Positions 60,970 through 64,000 of a stretch of DNA of 64,000 nucleotides are shown here, in pieces. The notes beneath the pieces are model-generated. The model had not been told where the DNA came from and did no database searches. It was given only the letters and a program-made list of their open reading frames with translations. Numbering within the stretch: the stretch's first letter is position 1; every line of letters begins with the position of its first letter. The stretch is from Octopus sinensis (Eukaryota). A program made the position numbers and the translations under genes. The stretch lies in contig NC_043019.1 of NCBI RefSeq assembly GCF_006345805.1, positions 4,153,360 to 4,217,359 on the forward strand. Direction: 5' to 3'.

Positions 60970-61385
60970 GCTCTTTACTCTTTTACTTGTTTCAGTCATT
61001 TGACTGCGGCCATGCCGGAGCACCGCCTTTAGTCGAGCAAATCGACCCCGGGACTTATTCTTTTGTAAGCCCAGTACTTATTCTATCGGTTTTCTTTTGC
61101 CGAACCGCTAAGTGACGGGGACGTAAACACACCAGCATCGGTTGTCAAGCAATGCTAGGGGGACAAACACAGACACACACACGCATATATATATATATAT
61201 ATATATATATAGATATATACGACGGGCTTCTTTCAGTTTCCGTCTACCAAATCCCCTCACAAGGCTTTGGTCGGCCCGAGGCTATAGAAGAAAGACACTT
61301 GCCCAAGATGCCACGCAGTGGGACTGAACCCGGAACCATGTGGTTGGTTAGCAAGCTACATACCACACAGACACTCCTGCGCCTA
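60970..61385 (-). mobile_element. CORE-like SINE
   Basis: Full-length copy of the family. Confidence 0.8.
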
Positions 61386-61791
61386 TTTATGTAATTCCTG
61401 TAAATTTATGTAAATTATGTAATTCATTTGTTTCTGTCGTCGGACTACAGCAATGTTGGGACACCACATTGAAGGGTTTTAGATGGACAAAGACCCCAGT
61501 ACGCATTTTTTTTTTTGCAAGTTCGGTGTCTGTTCTTGCGGTTGCTTACGTCAAACCGAAATGTTACAAGAATAAGAGCAAAAGAATAATGGTTGCTAAA
61601 CCTACACATTCATCCATTATTCTCGAACAAGAATAGTAGTTTTGACTGTAATTTCGATGTTTCGGTCACCCTAAATCGGCAGAAATAAAGGACATGGGCC
61701 TCACCCCTTCCGTTTTTTTTGGGGGGGGGGTCTACTGAAACCCATCTTTTCGACTGCGGAGATTCCAAATCTGCAAAAAAAAAAAAAGGCA

Positions 61792-62195
61792 ATCTTTCGT
61801 CTCTAGTAGACCTTTCCGTCGATTTCCGTAAAAAATTTTTTTTTTTTACATATGGGCTTGCGGGAACTTTTGAATTAATGAGAGCGAAAGAGACTAAGAG
61901 AAAGCGATTGTATGAAGAGGGAAGTTCTTTTGAAGTTACCGTGCATGTGAAGCATTGATGTACATGTGTGTGTGTGTGTGTTTGATGGGGTGTGGGAGAC
62001 AGAAAGTATGTTGTGTAAGTGAAGTGCTTCTGTTAGTGTGTGTGAAGAGACAGAGTAATGTGTGAAAGAAAGAGATAACTGAAATTTTTTACTCGGTGTA
62101 TGTGTATATTACTTCAAAAGTTCCCGCAAGCCCATATGTAAAAAAAAAAAAATTTTTACGGAAATCGACGGAAAGGTCTACTAGAGACGAAAGAT
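61792..62195. repeat. Inverted repeat, ~83-bp near-perfect arms
   Basis: 61792-61874 versus 62113-62195. Confidence 0.9.
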
Positions 62196-62842
62196 CGCCA
62201 AAAGAAAGAAAAAAAGAAAGAAAAAAGAAATCGGCATTACAAAATTTTGATTCCCCCTACCCCACCCCACCAATTTTTTACCTTTTTAAAAAAATTGCGG
62301 GGGGGGGGGGGCAAGATACGTAGTAAAAAAACGGAGACTATGATTATGAAAAAAGAAATTTGTAAAATTTCAAGTTTTCAGAAAAAAAATAAAAACTAAA
62401 TAAACACCTCCTAAAATAACAGACATGGAAAGTATTCTAAACAGAAAACTCGACATGCTAAAAACAGCAGCTAAACGACGAATCACGTTTTCAAAATTTT
62501 CATTTCCCCCACCCCACTTTTTTTTCCTTTACCAGAGGGGTGGAGAGGAGGAAAATAAAAATTTTGAAAACGTGTTTTGGGGGTTTTCAAAATCTGCAAT
62601 TTTTAAGTACGCTCCAACCGGAAAAAGTCCGACAAGCTAGAAACAACAGCCAAATGGAAGATCCACTTTCTAAACACGAATTGCCAAAAAAGAAAAAAAT
62701 TTTTAAATATCATTTTGTTGGGGAAGACTTTCTCCCCCCACCCTTATTTTCTCGCAATTTTTTTTTCCAAAAACCCCCTGGCTGCAATCTAATGACTGAA
62801 ACAAAAAGATATTTCTATATATATTGACATTTCTACACAAGT

Positions 62843-63010
62843 AGGCGCAGGAGTGGCTGTGTGGTAAATAGCTTGCTTACCAACCACATGGTTCCGAGTT
62901 CATTCCCACTGCGTGGTACCTTGGGCAAGTGTCTTCTGCTATAGCCTCGGGCCGACCAAAGTCTTGTGAGTGGATTTGGTAGATGGAAACTGAAAGAAGC
63001 CCATCGTATA

Positions 63011-63070
<60 letters not shown>

Positions 63071-64000
63071 TGAAGAAGTGGCTGTGTGGTAAGTAGCTTG
63101 CTTACCAACCACATGGTTCCGAGTTCATTCCCGCTGCGTGGTACCTTGGGCAAGTGTCTGCTACTATAGCCCTGGGCCGACCAAAATCTTGTGAGTGGAT
63201 TTGGTAGATGGAAACTGAAAGAAGCCCGTCATATATATGTATATATATATGTGTGTGTGTGTATATGTGTTTGTGTGTCTGTGTCTGTCCCCTTAACATC
63301 GCTTGACAACCGATGCTGGTGTGTTTACGTCCCCGTAACTTAATGGCTCGGCAAAAGAGACCGATAGAATAAGTACTGGGCTTACAAAGAATAAGTCCTG
63401 GGGTCGATTTGCTTGACTAAAGGTGGTGCTCCAGCATGGCCACATTCAAATGACTGAAACTAGTAAAAGAGAGTAAAGAGATATGTGTCGTACATTAGCT
63501 CGTTCCATCCATTAAAGTGACATTGCCTGATTTCGTACTGTTTTGTTTAATAATTGAGCTTTGTTACATATTAATCCGCTATGAGAAAGTGTCATAGTAT
63601 CAACCGAGTTGCTAGGTCAAAGATTGTGTTGCTTGAATGATATAAGCGTTATTAAGGCTGCGAGCTAGCAGAATCGTTAGCACGTCGGACGAAATGCATA
63701 GCCGTATTTTGTCTGCCGTTACGTTCTCAGTTCAAATTCCGCCAAGGTCGACTTTGCCTTTCATCCTTTCGGGGTCGATAAAATAAGTACCAGTTGCGCA
63801 CTGGGGTCGATATAATCGACTTAATCCGTTTGTCTGTCCTTGTTTGTCCCCTCTGTGTTTAGCCCCTTGTGGGTAGTAAAGAAATAGGTATTTCATCTGC
63901 CGTTACGTTCTGAGTTCAAATTCCGCCAAGGTCGACTTTGCCTTTCATCCTTTCGGGGTCGATAAATTAAGTACCAATTACGCACTGGGGTCGATATAAT
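62843..64000 (+). mobile_element. SINE cluster (duplicated CORE-like head; Meta-like SINE at 63655-end)
   Basis: Homologous to other copies in the window. Confidence 0.8.

Overview
AT-rich animal genomic DNA, dense in microsatellites and SINEs. The repeat repertoire looks cephalopod/Octopus-like, which is an inference. One host gene crosses the window on the + strand (~3.6-38.8 kb). It is a multi-exon STAND NTPase (NB-ARC-like) followed by TPR repeats, i.e. an NLR-like architecture. The ORF track misses it because it is split into about 12 exons and broken by single-base indels, mostly in homopolymers. Its introns and flanks hold many mobile elements: a near-complete CsRn1-type Ty3/Gypsy element, solo and deleted LTRs, a Penelope-like RT/GIY-YIG element, Dong/R4, CRE and Tx1-like LINE fragments, mariner/Tc1 and Chapaev-like remnants, non-autonomous Helitrons, MITEs and many tRNA-derived SINEs. 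The most unusual non-coding signal is a set of unrelated fold-back elements inserted in (TA)n. Each arm carries a type I hammerhead ribozyme motif, some with compensated C3-G8 core variants. All calls were made by eye, and repeat boundaries are approximate.
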